Below, piece by piece: positions 26,300 through 40,125 of a DNA stretch of 64,000 nt. The notes under the pieces were generated by a model. The model did not search any database and was not told the DNA's origin. It worked only from the letters and a program-made list of their open reading frames with translations. Each line of letters opens with the position of its first letter. Position 1 is the stretch's first letter. The stretch comes from the human T2T-CHM13v2.0 reference genome, Homo sapiens. The stretch lies in the NCBI RefSeq assembly GCF_009914755.1, contig NC_060925.1. One strand, given 5' to 3'. The translations under genes were made by a program, and so were the position numbers.

Positions 26300-28730
26300 A
26301 TTTATTTATTTATTCAAGAAATATTTATTGTGAATTCATGAATTAAGGCAATATTCTATGTAATAAGAATATAATAGTGAAAAAATGTATAAAAATTTCT
26401 GCCTTCATGTTGCTGTGTTTTAGGAGGAAGAGAATAATAATAAAGTTAAATGATTAATAGATCATTTGGTAATAAATAATGTTGAGAAAAATAAAAAAGA
26501 AAAGAATTTCAGGTGTTAACAATGGTATGCAGTACATTGTCTCAAACAGAATTGACAGAGAGGATGTGGCTGAGAGGGAAACATTTGCATGACAGCCTAA
26601 AAGATGTGTTAAAGTAAGCCATGCAACAAGTTGGGAGGAGTGTAACAGACAGAGACAACACAAAGGAAAGACCACTTACCTGGTTTGTTCTGAGAAGAGC
26701 AAAGGGACCAATGAGTTAGAAAAGAGGAGTCGACGTTGAGTCAAAAGAATCATTAAAACGGGGGAGAGAGGGTATATCCCCTACAATCCACTGGGAAACT
26801 ATATGTCCCAAAACCATTGATAAGGTTCTGACTGGCAAAGGAGTTTATTTGAATTCCAACTTTACCATGGGAGAGATTGTAGGGAGGCAAAGGCAGAAGC
26901 AGGAAAACCATTAGGAAGCCATTACAATAATCCAAGTATGAGACAGCAGAGACTTGGCTGAGATGGTAGAGTTCTGGAGGCTGAGAAGTGACCAAAATAG
27001 AAATACATTTTGTAAATAAAACACAGGAGATCATATGGTGTGGTAAAAAAAATAAATAAATACATACATACATAAAAAATAAGGAATCAAATAAAACCCA
27101 ATGGTTTTTGCATGCATCCATATAGATAATAGTTACACTTACTATAATGAGAAAAAATAACAAGGAAAGAGCAAGTTTGGTAGTGATACCCTTGGGAGGT
27201 CCTGAAATGCAAGTAGTAGTCAGTGTCCAGGCTCTTGACATCATCTTAAGAAGGAATTCAAGAATGAGTCAGGAAATAGTGAAAGTTCGGAGATTTATTG
27301 CAAAGCGGAAAGTACACACTCAAGAAAGTGGAGTGGGGGTTTACTCAAGATAGAGTCATGCAACCGGGTTTGGAGTTTCTAACTTTATGGATTTCTTTAA
27401 CTTCAGCGTGGAGCATTCATGAAAGTTCCTGGAAAGAAGGAGAAGAGTTTTCGAAACCCTAGTGCCACACAATTTTACACCAAATATGGGTGTTCTCAAA
27501 ACTGTCATGGCAGTGCTGGTCGTGTGTGTGATTTACCGTGATTTAGCAACTTACTTAATTGCTGTGTGTCCTCAGTTCTATCACATGTAAACTAAGAGTA
27601 CTATCCGCACTTATCTCATGGGTTGACTGTGATGACAAATCAAATAGTTTGTAGCACCTCATATGTAGTAAGAGTGCATAATGAGGTCCCAGGAGAAACC
27701 TAGGCCAAATTCAGTGCCATGTTGGTTCCGGTCAGTCTTAGCCAGCTTGGTTCACACCCTGTTTTTCAGGGTCTTATCCATCCCTCACTTCTGCAGCTCT
27801 TTCATCCATCATTTCTGCAGCTCTTTCAGCCGTTTCCTTTTGCTTATTCTTATGAAATTGCTGCCTAGAATTTCCTATTTTCCAGCAACCACCCGATATT
27901 ATTCCTGTGTCAGCAGGGAGTGAAAATCTGGCATTTGGTTTTGGAAAGATTAAGTTTGAGAAGATTCTAATTTAAGTGGAGATGTGTTGTAGGCTGATGG
28001 ATACTTAACTTGAAGGAGTGATCTAGCTAAGAGATAGAAATATGAAAGTGATTGCCATATAAACAGTATTTAAATGTGAAGACATCATCATTGGTGTGTG
28101 TGTGTGGGTAATAAGAGGTACAAATGTTTAAAGTTTAATAGATCAAGTGAAACCAGGAGAAGAGACCTAGTAGGAGAGACTAGTAAAGGGAGCTGAATAT
28201 TTTCAAGAAAGCAAGTATAGTCAGTGTTTCAAGGAGCAGAGATGCATCAGTTGCAGCATATGCAGCTGATAGGACAAGTAAAATTAGGACTGAGAAATAC
28301 CACTGGTTTAGAAACATAGAAGTTGTGTGAGGCCTTTTTTTTTTTTTTTTAACATAGTGGAGCTGAGAGTCTAATTAGAAAGGATTTAAGAGAGAATGGA
28401 GGAAAGTACTGAGAGGCAGAAAGTACTGATGACACTGTCAAGGAGTTTTGTTGTAATGTGGCAGTATCCGTAAGATGGATATGGGGTGAAGAGAGGAGCA
28501 TTTTTAAGATGGGAGAAATTGCATCATGTTTGATGCTGTTGAGCACGATCTTTATGAAACATTCCTACTAGAGAAAAAAAAATTCCTACTAGGAAAAAAA
28601 AAAATGACACAGAACAGAGACAGTAAATTTCTGGAGGACTATTTATGAGCAGGTAGGAGAGATCTCACCTGGAGCACAAGTAAAAGGTTTTACCTTTGGT
28701 AGAAATGCAAACAGTCCATTCATAGTAACA
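26300..28730 (-). mobile_element. L2 (L2a-like), interrupted by the LTR at 27184-27912
   Basis: ttattcaagaaatatttattg terminus; ttaggaagccattacaataatccaag; ttggttttggaaagattaagtttgag; gatgcatcagttgcagcatatgcagctgatagg. Confidence 0.8.
27184..27912 (-). mobile_element. ERV1 solo LTR (LTR43-like) containing a foreign 124-bp MIR-derived insert
   Basis: TG...CA ends with flanks gtag/gcag; minus strand starts tgacacaggaataatatcgggtggttgctgg and carries gcaataaatctcc. Confidence 0.75.
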
Positions 28731-30439
28731 GGAGGCCAGAAAGCGAGCAGCAGTCCAGATTAGAGTTACCAAAGCCCTGAGATAAAATACAAATTGCATA
28801 CTGCTGCAAACGCCAAAGGAAATTTCTTTGGTCGAACTTGCTAATTAGTAAAAGAAGAACAAAAAGCCAGCTCGATAGGTTCAAGGTATACAAACTCATT
28901 GCAATCCAAACAATTATTCCCATTCCCATTCTCAAAGTCCCAATATTTGCCAATAAACATCTTACATTTTATATATAAATTATAAAGAGGTAGTAAATGT
29001 AATATCTATTACAAGTTTAAATTCTGAAAATCAAAATATGGATCTGGATTACCTCAATTTTTTGGCTGAAAAATGGCAACAAAACATCTCTTAGCAGTTA
29101 TGGAATCCCTCTAGTTTTCCAATCATGTCTCGAACTAAGAATAGAAAAGCAGGAGCATAGTTTATTTCTGTAAATTATCTTGTGTAATGAGAAATGTGAA
29201 CAAACCAACAAGTTCTGTGTAGTCATGTCTACTATATTACAGCCTAGAAACTATTGCTCCCCCAATTCCTTACCTTCAGTAGACACTTTACCTCAGGACA
29301 ATATGGCCAATAATTTAATAAGCTCTTTTTCCTTAATATATAATGGATTATCCATATCACTCCTAATGATGAGATCATTATGACTTTCAAATCCAAACAT
29401 GTCAGATATTCTTCTCAGATTGCATTTATCATGTATTTTGCATGGATCACTTTTCACTTAAAAATATTACGAGAGTTTAACAGGGAAACATCAATTGTTC
29501 AAGATATTTCAGACTGGAAGATATTTAATTCAGATATTTGGAGACATGCAACATTTCTAGGAAGGCTACTACCACTAAAGACATTTTTAAGTGTAGAATT
29601 CACAGATAACTTTTACCAACAGTCTCAGTTGCTGCAGCCCTAACAAAATGATTCACAAGATAACATACAGAAATCTCAGCCAATTTCTTAAATCCAGGGA
29701 TCTAGTTATTGTTGCCAGTGCAGCAATTATGGCTCCTGCTTCTTTTGCCCTTTCAATCTTGCATTTCACTGGCAGAAACGCAATAATCAGACTTCCAATC
29801 CTTGGAATAAGATAATAGAAGGGAGACTGTGGTGCTCATTTTTCAATAGACAATTTAGCCCAGATATTGAAATCCTCCCAATTATGTGAGGAGTAATGTT
29901 GGAAAGAGGGAGTAAGTAAGAGATAAATCTTTAAGAAATAAAGGAAGGTCATAAACTAGATTTTGTTCTTAGTTTTTAATATTATGTCTAAAAGCTTATG
30001 CCATTATCTCTCTCCATATGAAATGTTATTTGTTATTTTTCTCTTTTTATGTCCTAACACTGACATTTTCAGGTATGTTTTCCTGACTTTATGAAAACCA
30101 ATGAGAAGTTCTCACTTGTCTTTTATGTCCTGAAAGAGCTTCCATTACACATTAGGTGCATTACACCTAATGCAAGGTGTAAATTAATTGCACCTTGAAT
30201 ATTTCAAACTCTGAATATTTTAAATTAACTTCTGCTCAAACTACATCTGTTTGGAGAATTTTTAGATATAAAACTGACAGCACTTCAATTTTCTTTTCTA
30301 GTCATTCTATGTAGTTTTTCTACCTTTTTATTAGGTGTTTTCTATTTTTAAGGATAATCTTTAATTTTACATACATTTTATTGTTAATATTGATTTTGCA
30401 TGATATATTTTCTTTTTTTGAAAAGCAATATTGCCTAGT

Positions 30440-30660
30440 TATTAATATTGTGAGCTCAAGGCTGAAAGTGCCTGGAATAACAGCACCCACTCATACTGGT
30501 TATGTGTTCTTGATCTAACTTGCTAAGTTGCTGCATGTCCTCAGTTTTCTCACATGTAAACTGAGAGTACTATCAGCCCTTATTTCATTGGTTGACCATG
30601 ATGATAAATCAAATAGTTCATAACACCTTATGCATAGTAATAACCAAGTTAACAATTGTT
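30440..30660 (+). mobile_element. MIR SINE (likely donor of the insert at 27548-27671)
   Basis: MIR core cctcagttttctcacatgtaaa plus 5' part tgtgagctcaaggctgaaagtgcctggaa. Confidence 0.7.
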
Positions 30661-31031
30661 ATAATGACTGTTTCAACACTAGACAAGGTTATCTTTGCTC
30701 TTAACTCCTGAAACTCAGGTTTTATGAAAATGGGGAAAAAAAGTTTTACCTCTTTTTTTTCTATACTTCACCAGTTCACAGCTTTTTTATTTGTTTGCTT
30801 GTTTTCTCTTTAATAGGCTACACAGTTTACACTACAAGTCCCCATGTCCCAGCTTCGCCATTGGCCTCCTGAACCTGAGCAAGTGAATCATAAAGCCTCG
30901 TAATGCTGGCAAGGCCTGGAATCTCCTGGGAAGCTAATTGGTGATCATGAGACTATATTGCTTTAAAAAATTCTTTTCAGTAAACTATTTTAAATTCACT
31001 TTCTGAACTCACCTGCTGACTGAATGAATCC

Positions 31032-31704
31032 TGATATGGTTTGCTCTGTGTCCCAACTGAAATCTTTTTTTATTTTTTCAATTTATAAAGTTTATTTTGC
31101 CAACGTTAAGGACACAGCTGTGAAACAGCCCCAGGAGCTCCTGATATGTGCATAAGGTGGTCAGGACACAGCTTGGTTTTATACATTTCGAGAAGACATG
31201 AGACATCAATCAATATATGTAAGATGTACATTGGTATATTGGTTCAGTCCAGAAAGGCAGGACAACTAAAATTGGGAGGGGGCTTCCAGGTCATAGGTAG
31301 GTAAGTGACAAATGGTTGCATTCTTTTGAGTTACTGATTAGCCTTTCACTACCCAAGTCTTATCTTGAATTGTAATCCTCAAGTGTTGAGGGAGGGACCT
31401 GGTGGGAGGTGACTGGATCATCAGGGCAGTTTCTCCCATGCTGTTCTTGTAGGGAAACAGTTCTCATAGGGAACTTTCTCGTAGGGAGAAAGTTCTCATG
31501 AGACTGATGGTTTAAAAGTCGCAGTTTCCCATGCAATCCCCCTCTCTCCTGCTGCTTTGTGCTTCTCCTTCTGCCACGACGGATCATAAGTTTCCTGAGG
31601 ACTCCCCAGTCTTAAGGAACGGTGAGTCAATTAAACCTCTTTTGTATAGAAATTACCCGGTCTCAGTTAGTATCTTTATAGCAATGTGCAAATGAACTAA
31701 TGCA
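31032..31704 (+). mobile_element. MaLR 5' LTR (MSTA/THE1D-like), interrupted by a MER4A fragment
   Basis: tgatatggtttgctctgtgtccc...; resumes acccaagtcttatcttgaattgtaatcc; ends gaactaatgca. Confidence 0.88.
31066..31350 (-). mobile_element. MER4A-like ERV1 LTR fragment with poly(A) tail
   Basis: aaagtttattttgccaacgttaaggacac...gagacatcaatcaatatatgtaagatgtacattgg...gattagcctttcact; T-tract at 31065-31078. Confidence 0.85.
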
Positions 31705-32280
31705 GAGAATTGGTACTGAGAAAGTGGGGTACTGCTATATAGATAACCTGATAACATGGAAGTGACTTTGGAACTGAGTAACTGTCAGAGGTTGGAACAG
31801 TTTGGAGGGCTCCCAAGGAGACAGGAAGATGAGGGAAAGTTTGGAACTTCCTAGAGACTTGTTAAATGGTTTTAACCAAAATGCTGATAGTGATATGGAC
31901 AATGAAGTCCAGTCTGACGTGGTTTCAGATGAAGAGGAGGAACATATTGGGAACTGCAGCAAAGGCACTCTTGTTATGCTTTAGCAAAGAGACTGGTGGC
32001 ATTCTCCCCCCGCCTTAGAGATCTGTGAAACTTTGAACTTGAAAGAGATTATTTAGGGTATCTGGCAAAGGAAATTTCTAAGCAGCAAAACATTCAACAG
32101 GTGACCTGGTTTCTTCTGAAAGCATAGAATTATATGCATTCACAAGGAGATGATTTGAAATCGAAACTTATGTTTAAAAGGAAAGCAGAGCATAAAAGTT
32201 TGGAAATTTGCAGCCTGATCACGGGGTAGGAAAGAAAGACCCATTTTCTGGGGAGAAATTCAAACCTGCTGCAGAAATCT
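31705..32280 (+). mobile_element. MST/THE1 internal sequence (5' part)
   Basis: gagaattggtact...ggaagtgactttggaactg...gttggaacagtttggagggctc...tggacaatgaagtccag. Confidence 0.9.
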
Positions 32281-32294
32281 GAAATATACTGCAG

Positions 32295-32474
32295 AAACCC
32301 CTGATAAACCCATCAGATTTCGTGAGGCTTATTCACTACCATGAGAACAGTATGTGAGAAATCGTCCGTATGATTCAAATTATCTTACACCGGGTCCCTC
32401 CCACGACATGTGGGAATTATGGGAGTACAATTCAAGATGAGATTTGGGTGGGGACACAAAGCCAAACCATATCA
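32295..32474 (-). mobile_element. THE1C-like LTR, 5' half only
   Basis: gggaattatgggagtacaattcaagatgagatttgggtggggacacaaagccaaaccatatca. Confidence 0.9.
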
Positions 32475-32499
32475 TATATGTATATATATATATCACTGT

Positions 32500-33283
32500 A
32501 TATAAATTTAAACAGCTAATATAAAGAAATGGAAATGCAAAAAGAGGAAGAGAAGAAAAAATAATGGTAAACAAAAAACATAAAAATGATTAGAACTAAG
32601 AATAAGTCCAAACATGTAGTAGTCTTGATTTGTATGACTAGATTAAATTGTCTTATTATAAAACAAATGCTCACGTTTGATACTAAAAATTATATAACTT
32701 TATGGTATTTGCAAGATACATCTAAAACAGAACACATAGAAATAAATTTGCTGGAAATAAAGAGAATAAAAAAATATATACCTGCCATACAACCCAACAA
32801 TTCCACTCCTAGGTATCTACCATAGAGAGATGAAAACTCATGTTTCCGTAAAGATTTGTACACTGATGTTTATATTTCCTATTGGTAATAGACAAAAATT
32901 ACAAACTTAAACATCCATAAACAGGTAAATCAATAAACAAACAGTGGAACATGCATACAATGGAATACTACACTGCAATAAAAGGAATAAACTACTTATA
33001 AGAAAACATAGTTGAATTGCAAAGCCATTAAGTTGATCAAAAGAATGGAGGCATATAAGAATACATTCATAATACAGTATGAATTAATTTATTTGAAACT
33101 CCAGAAAGACAACTATTTAATTTATGGTAATTGCCTGGAATGTGAGAAAATATTTGCTGGGTACAGGTGCAAGGGGATTTTGTGGGATGAGCTAAATGTT
33201 CTGTATTTTGATTTTTGTGATGATTATTTGGATATATTGATTTGTCAAAGCTCACTTAAATGTGCAAGAAAATGGATGCTTTT
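32500..33283 (+). mobile_element. Old L1 (L1MC/MD-like) fragments; the 3' end continues at ~34978-35050
   Basis: acaattccactcctaggtatctacccatagagagatgaaaac...aaatgttctgtattttgat. Confidence 0.7.
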
Positions 33284-34967
<1,684 letters not shown>

Positions 34968-35994
34968 GGGTGCTTTTTTTATTTTTATGTATAAAATTTT
35001 ATGTATAATTTTATGTATAAAAATTATATCTCAGTACATAAAAAGCTGGAAAAAGTAAAACAAAGGACTGTCATGAGAGCACATACGAGGAATAGCTAAT
35101 TTGGTTTTGGAAGCTAATAACAGGCTTTTCCGGGCAGAGGTATCAGAGCATTTTATTCTTTTTAAAGTGAGATCTATGAAAAGAACAAGACTGTGCTGGT
35201 AAAAGTGAAGGAAGAAAGAATATTCCAGACAGAGGAAGCCATCCGCACAGATTCAGGGAACAGATGAGAAAGACAGTGGCTCATTTGGAGAACTGAAAGT
35301 AGTTCAACAGAGCCAGAAAGAATAGATAGTGAGCTGGTGTGATAAAAGAAGGAGGTAAGGGTACTTGGGAGTGCATAAGTGAGGCTGTCTTTATTTTGCT
35401 CTTGAACATAAAGGATACTTTGTCCAGGTGTAGAATTCTTGGCTCACTAATCTTTCCCCTCTAGCAGTCTGCATTTGTGTTCATTGTCATTTGATGCTTA
35501 GTGTTGTTGAGACTTCTAAAATTGTCTGGAGTTTGTTCCACTTCAGGTAAACTACATTTTCTCACTCATTGAAGGTAAGGCTACGTTTCGATTTTGTTTT
35601 CTCAATATTATTTTTCCAGATAGTCAATGAATCCTATCAGTTCATTGTTCATTTTTATTATTGCCAATCCCTTTATCATTCTATTGTCAACTATTATAAA
35701 TCTTACCAAACATACATTGGAAGCCTTACAACTGTTCTTCATGTTTCTTCTTTTCTGATAGTTTTATAAACTCCTTTTCCACTTATAATAAATTCTAAGG
35801 GAAAGTTTTATGCCTGTTATTCTCTCCTTATTTGATTTTCTGTTTTATTAATAACTCACTGGTTTTCCTTCTTCATTATTAATCTAATTTAACAATTGTT
35901 TTCTTTACCAGCACGTGATCATTCCCTTTTCATTACTACCAACTTTCATTTCATAGACACAATGTCCTCTTAAAAATAGTAATAACTAACAAAA

Positions 35995-36319
35995 AAGAGA
36001 GGGAGAGAGAGATTGATTGTAAGAAATTAGCTCGTGCAATTGTGGGGGTTTGCAAGGCAGGTTAGCAGCTGGTAACTGAGGCAGGATTTCCATGTTACAG
36101 TCTTCAGGGAGAATTCCTTCTTTGGGAAACCTCGATTCCACTTATAATGTCTTCACGTGATTGAATGTGGCCCTTTCCCATTATCAATGGGACTGTACTT
36201 AAAGTCAACTGATTGTAAATGTTAATCACTATGCAAAATAACTCCACAGTGACATCTAGATTAGTGTTTGACCAGGCAAGTGAGCACCACAGCCTAGCCA
36301 AGTAAATAGACCATCATGC
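35995..36319 (-). mobile_element. ERVL MLT2D-like LTR (partial)
   Basis: agagagattgattgtaagaaattagctc...acttaaagtcaactgattgtaaatgttaatc...tctagattagtgtttgacca...cacagcctagccaag. Confidence 0.85.
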
Positions 36320-38650
36320 AGTATAATTGACATGAGTTACTATGCATATATATAAAATATTATATTCATATATCATATCATATTTACATGGGATATTCTT
36401 GGTCCTCTTATTTCTTTTTCTATTCTACTCCTTATAAAAACATTTATCCTCATTCCTTCAAGTGGTTATATTTTTATGAAATGCACCATCATTCTGCTCA
36501 CCCAAATTGTTGCTTGTATTTTGTCTTTAATCAACAGAAAGTTATGTGAAAGTCTGGATTTGGAGGTAGAAATGAATTCTGTCAAATCAGACTATGTTAG
36601 ATAACCTGTCTCAAATTCCCATCTTACAATCTTTTATACGGGTTAAAAAATTAGCCCCTTTAATATAAGAAATATGTTTATAATAACCCTTCCTTGGTGT
36701 GCCTCACCTTGAATGCTCACTTAAGTTAAAAGTGACATTAGAAAAAAAAAAGTATACCTTCATCCAAAATTATTCTATGAAATAAAAGCAAAAATGTCCC
36801 TATCACACATAATCAAAGTGATTCATCTGGTAAGCTAGATATAAGCAATTTTGGAATTTTGTTAAAATAGTTAAAGATAAACTATGTTACCTTTCAGAAA
36901 AGTAAAGGGAGTGGTCAGTGACTATTAATAAAACAAATAGTGCCATCTACTGTCAAAAAATTCTATTATGAAAGTTGCCATAAACATCATTATTTTTCAG
37001 TGTGATAGTGCTATAGTCATTTATTTGATATTCTAAAATTTCCAAGAATTTTTATTTATTTCAAATAATCACAGTTAAATTTCTAGTTCTGCTAACTGGA
37101 GTGGAATTTACATGTACTTAAATCAAATGACTGCCACTTTACAAAATCACTGTCATCAGGAAGCAATTTTTTAAAAGTGTTTCTTTGTGCTAAGAAGTAC
37201 ACGATGTAAAAACAACAACAACAACAAAATGCTTGTATCCTTTCCAAACACCATACACACACATGACTCAGTCAGAACTGCAGAAATGTAAGGATAACGA
37301 TACTAAACAAGAAGAAAAATGAAAAAGACAGGAAAAAGCCTGGTCAAATTACTAAAGAAGTGCAAGCATTGATGCAACTTACTGATAAAGGTGAAACTGT
37401 AAAGTATACTTTAAAATAGATGCAGTAAGTAGAATTAGAGTTAGCTTCCATCACCTTTTAATCTACAAATGATTTTACAGAGAAAGCAGCATTAAAGATC
37501 TTTGTGGGCAATCAAAACAGTAATTTGAGAATAACATTATACACTGCATTTAAGTAGGATTCAATAATTTTAAAGTGCAGGGACAAAATTTCCTCATATG
37601 GCTCACTAGCTACATTGCAAATTTCTTGAAATCAGAACACAGAAGTGCAGTCCTGTGCTCGCAATGCAGACTTGCAGGGTGTAGAGGCATAAATGGCTCC
37701 AGAGCCAGGGACATGGGTCCAGAGGGGGGTAGTCTCCAGAAGACTCCTTTCAGGCCTATTACCATGCCTCAGAGGTCCAAGTGGGGCATGGTGAATATAT
37801 TATCCTTTACATTATATTTCTTATATGTCTACAACTGCCACTTCATGGCACTAGGACTAAAGGTTGGCCAAAGTACAAGATATTTGTCTTATCTGATGAC
37901 AACTCTGTGTCCTGGACTCTCTTCCAGAATAAGACCTTTCCTGCAGCACTGCTTGAACTCCTCTTAGCAAGAGGGAAACATGTGAAATGCTACCAAAATA
38001 GAATAGAAGTAAATTCTTATTATATTCCTTTGTTCACTCATATCCTGAAGTGCATCAAATCAGGTTTTCTCACCTGTATAATGCTGTATTTTACTTGAGT
38101 TGGAATAATTTTGCTTAGAAATAAATAAGTAAAACAGCACCTGCCTCCAGACCTAGGGTCCATCAGGAAAAATATAAGGTATATGAGGTGTATGCTCTAA
38201 ACCCAAGGCCAACATGTATAGGAAAACCTTAAGTCCTTCAGTGCATGTGCTTGGATGAAGAAGGTAATACAATTGTAGGCAACTGCAAGAGCAATGTAGG
38301 TAAAATTCACACCTACAGGCAGTCGTGAAAATTTTCCCAATATAAACTTGCACTTCACATGCACTTTTGTGGTGTGAAGGAGAGGAACTGGTGAGAAACT
38401 GATGAGAAATGATGATAAGCAGACTTTTACTGGAACATTGCTCAATCCCCTCTATAAGGCAATGATGCTATGTAGACAATCAAACATGAAATTGCTAGAA
38501 AGTTTATAGATTGATATAATCTATTTTAATGCATCTAGGATTCAGGTAAGCTGCGAAAAAGTAGTGCCAATATGTTTATTTTATAGGGGATATTTAAAAT
38601 TAATTTTATTCTTTTTAAAATTGCAATGGTACCCAAATTCCCTAATTTCC

Positions 38651-39110
38651 TATGGTAGGCTGAATAACAGCTCCTAAAAATATCAGGTTGTAATTCCTGG
38701 AATGTGTAAATGCTATCTTATATGGAAAATATACCAATATGTGATTAAATTATGGAGTTTGAAATGAAGAGATTAACCTGATTTATCTGGGTGCATCCTA
38801 CATGAGATCACAATTGTTCTTAAAAGAGGGAGGCAGAGGGAGGTGTGACACAGACAAAAGAGAAGGCCATGCGAAGACAGAGCAAGAGAGGGTAAAAGAT
38901 GCTGGCCTTAAATATTGGAGTAATGTAGCAACAGGCCAAGGGATGCCAGCAGGAGTTGTAGGAGGTCAATACCTTGATTTTGACCCAGTGATACTGACTT
39001 CAGACTTGTGGCCTCCAGAACTGTGAAAGAATAAATTCCTGTCGTTTTAAGTCACTGACACTGATTTTGTGGTAGGTAATTTGTTACAGCAGCCACAGGA
39101 AACTAATACA
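38651..39110 (+). mobile_element. MLT1C/D-like solo LTR
   Basis: tatggtaggctgaataa...ggcctccagaactgtgaaagaataaatt...aatttgttacagcagccacaggaaactaataca. Confidence 0.9.
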
Positions 39111-39239
39111 ATCTGGGTGAATTTCTCTTTCTATAATGAAGGATTCTTTCATAATTAAAAATATAACTTTAATATAGTTGGTATTATCAGCACCATGCTA
39201 TAACTTCTGCAAAAAAGCTCTCTAATCCTTATATCTGTT

Positions 39240-40125
39240 TTCTTGATAAATCATACTGTTCTCCTCCCTGCTCACTGTATTTCAACCATACCAGATCCCT
39301 TAATGGGAAAGGGTATTTCAGACCTGGGCACTGGCTGTTTCTTCTGATTGGAGTACTTCTACCTCAGACATCATAATGATGAACTCTTTTGCCTTCTTCA
39401 AGTCTTAGATCAAATTATTCCTTTTTACTGTTTATATTCCAACTAGTGAGGGATAATGTCCCTCACTATCCCCTAGGAGATTGATTCCAGGAAGCTTGAG
39501 GGTACCAAACTCTGTGGATGCTCAAGTCTCTGATAGAAAATGCCATAGTATTTACATATGATCTACACAAACCCTCCTGCATATTTAAAATAGTCTCTAG
39601 ATTACTTATAATTACTAGATTACTTATAGTCTCTAGATTTATATAATCTTATAAAAGGGTAAGATTACTTATTACTTACCCTTAATACAATGTAAATATT
39701 GCGTAGCTTTTATACTGTGAATTTTAAAATTTGTATTATTTTCATTACTATATTTTTGTTTTTTCTGCATATTTTTAATCCATGGTTGGTGAAATCCATG
39801 GATATGAAATCCGCTCATATGGAGGGACTGAGAACCAATCATATTCTATTCAACACTGCAACCTCCTTTCCCACCCAGCATAACAGACTAATTGTACCCT
39901 GCTTCTTCTGCTTTATTTTCTAAATCTCATTTCAATCTCTAAAATGTTATGTAATTTACTTAATTGCTATGTTCATTTTATATCAACTTTCTGCCTCTTC
40001 TACTATGTTATCTTCTTGAGAGAGAAGATTTTAATCTCTTTTGCTCACTAGTGTATTCCCAGTGCATAGAACAATATCTAGCCCATAACAGGTATTCAGT
40101 AATTTTATTCTTGAATGAATAATTG
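39240..40125 (+). mobile_element. L2 3' region, interrupted by MER2
   Basis: ctccctgctcactgtatttcaaccatacc...gctcactagtgtattcccagtgcatagaaca...ttgaatgaataa. Confidence 0.7.
39453..39830 (+). mobile_element. MER2 (TcMar-Tigger) DNA transposon relic
   Basis: gattgattccagga...ggatgctcaagtctctgatagaaaatg...aatccatggttggtgaaatccatggat...ggagggactg. Confidence 0.88.

Noticed and set aside
31802-31984. Acidic 60-aa ORF
   Set aside because: Remnant of the MaLR internal ORF, not a host exon
37575-38445. ORFs of 66-130 aa in the unique block
   Set aside because: No recognisable domain or coding-like composition; lengths compatible with chance
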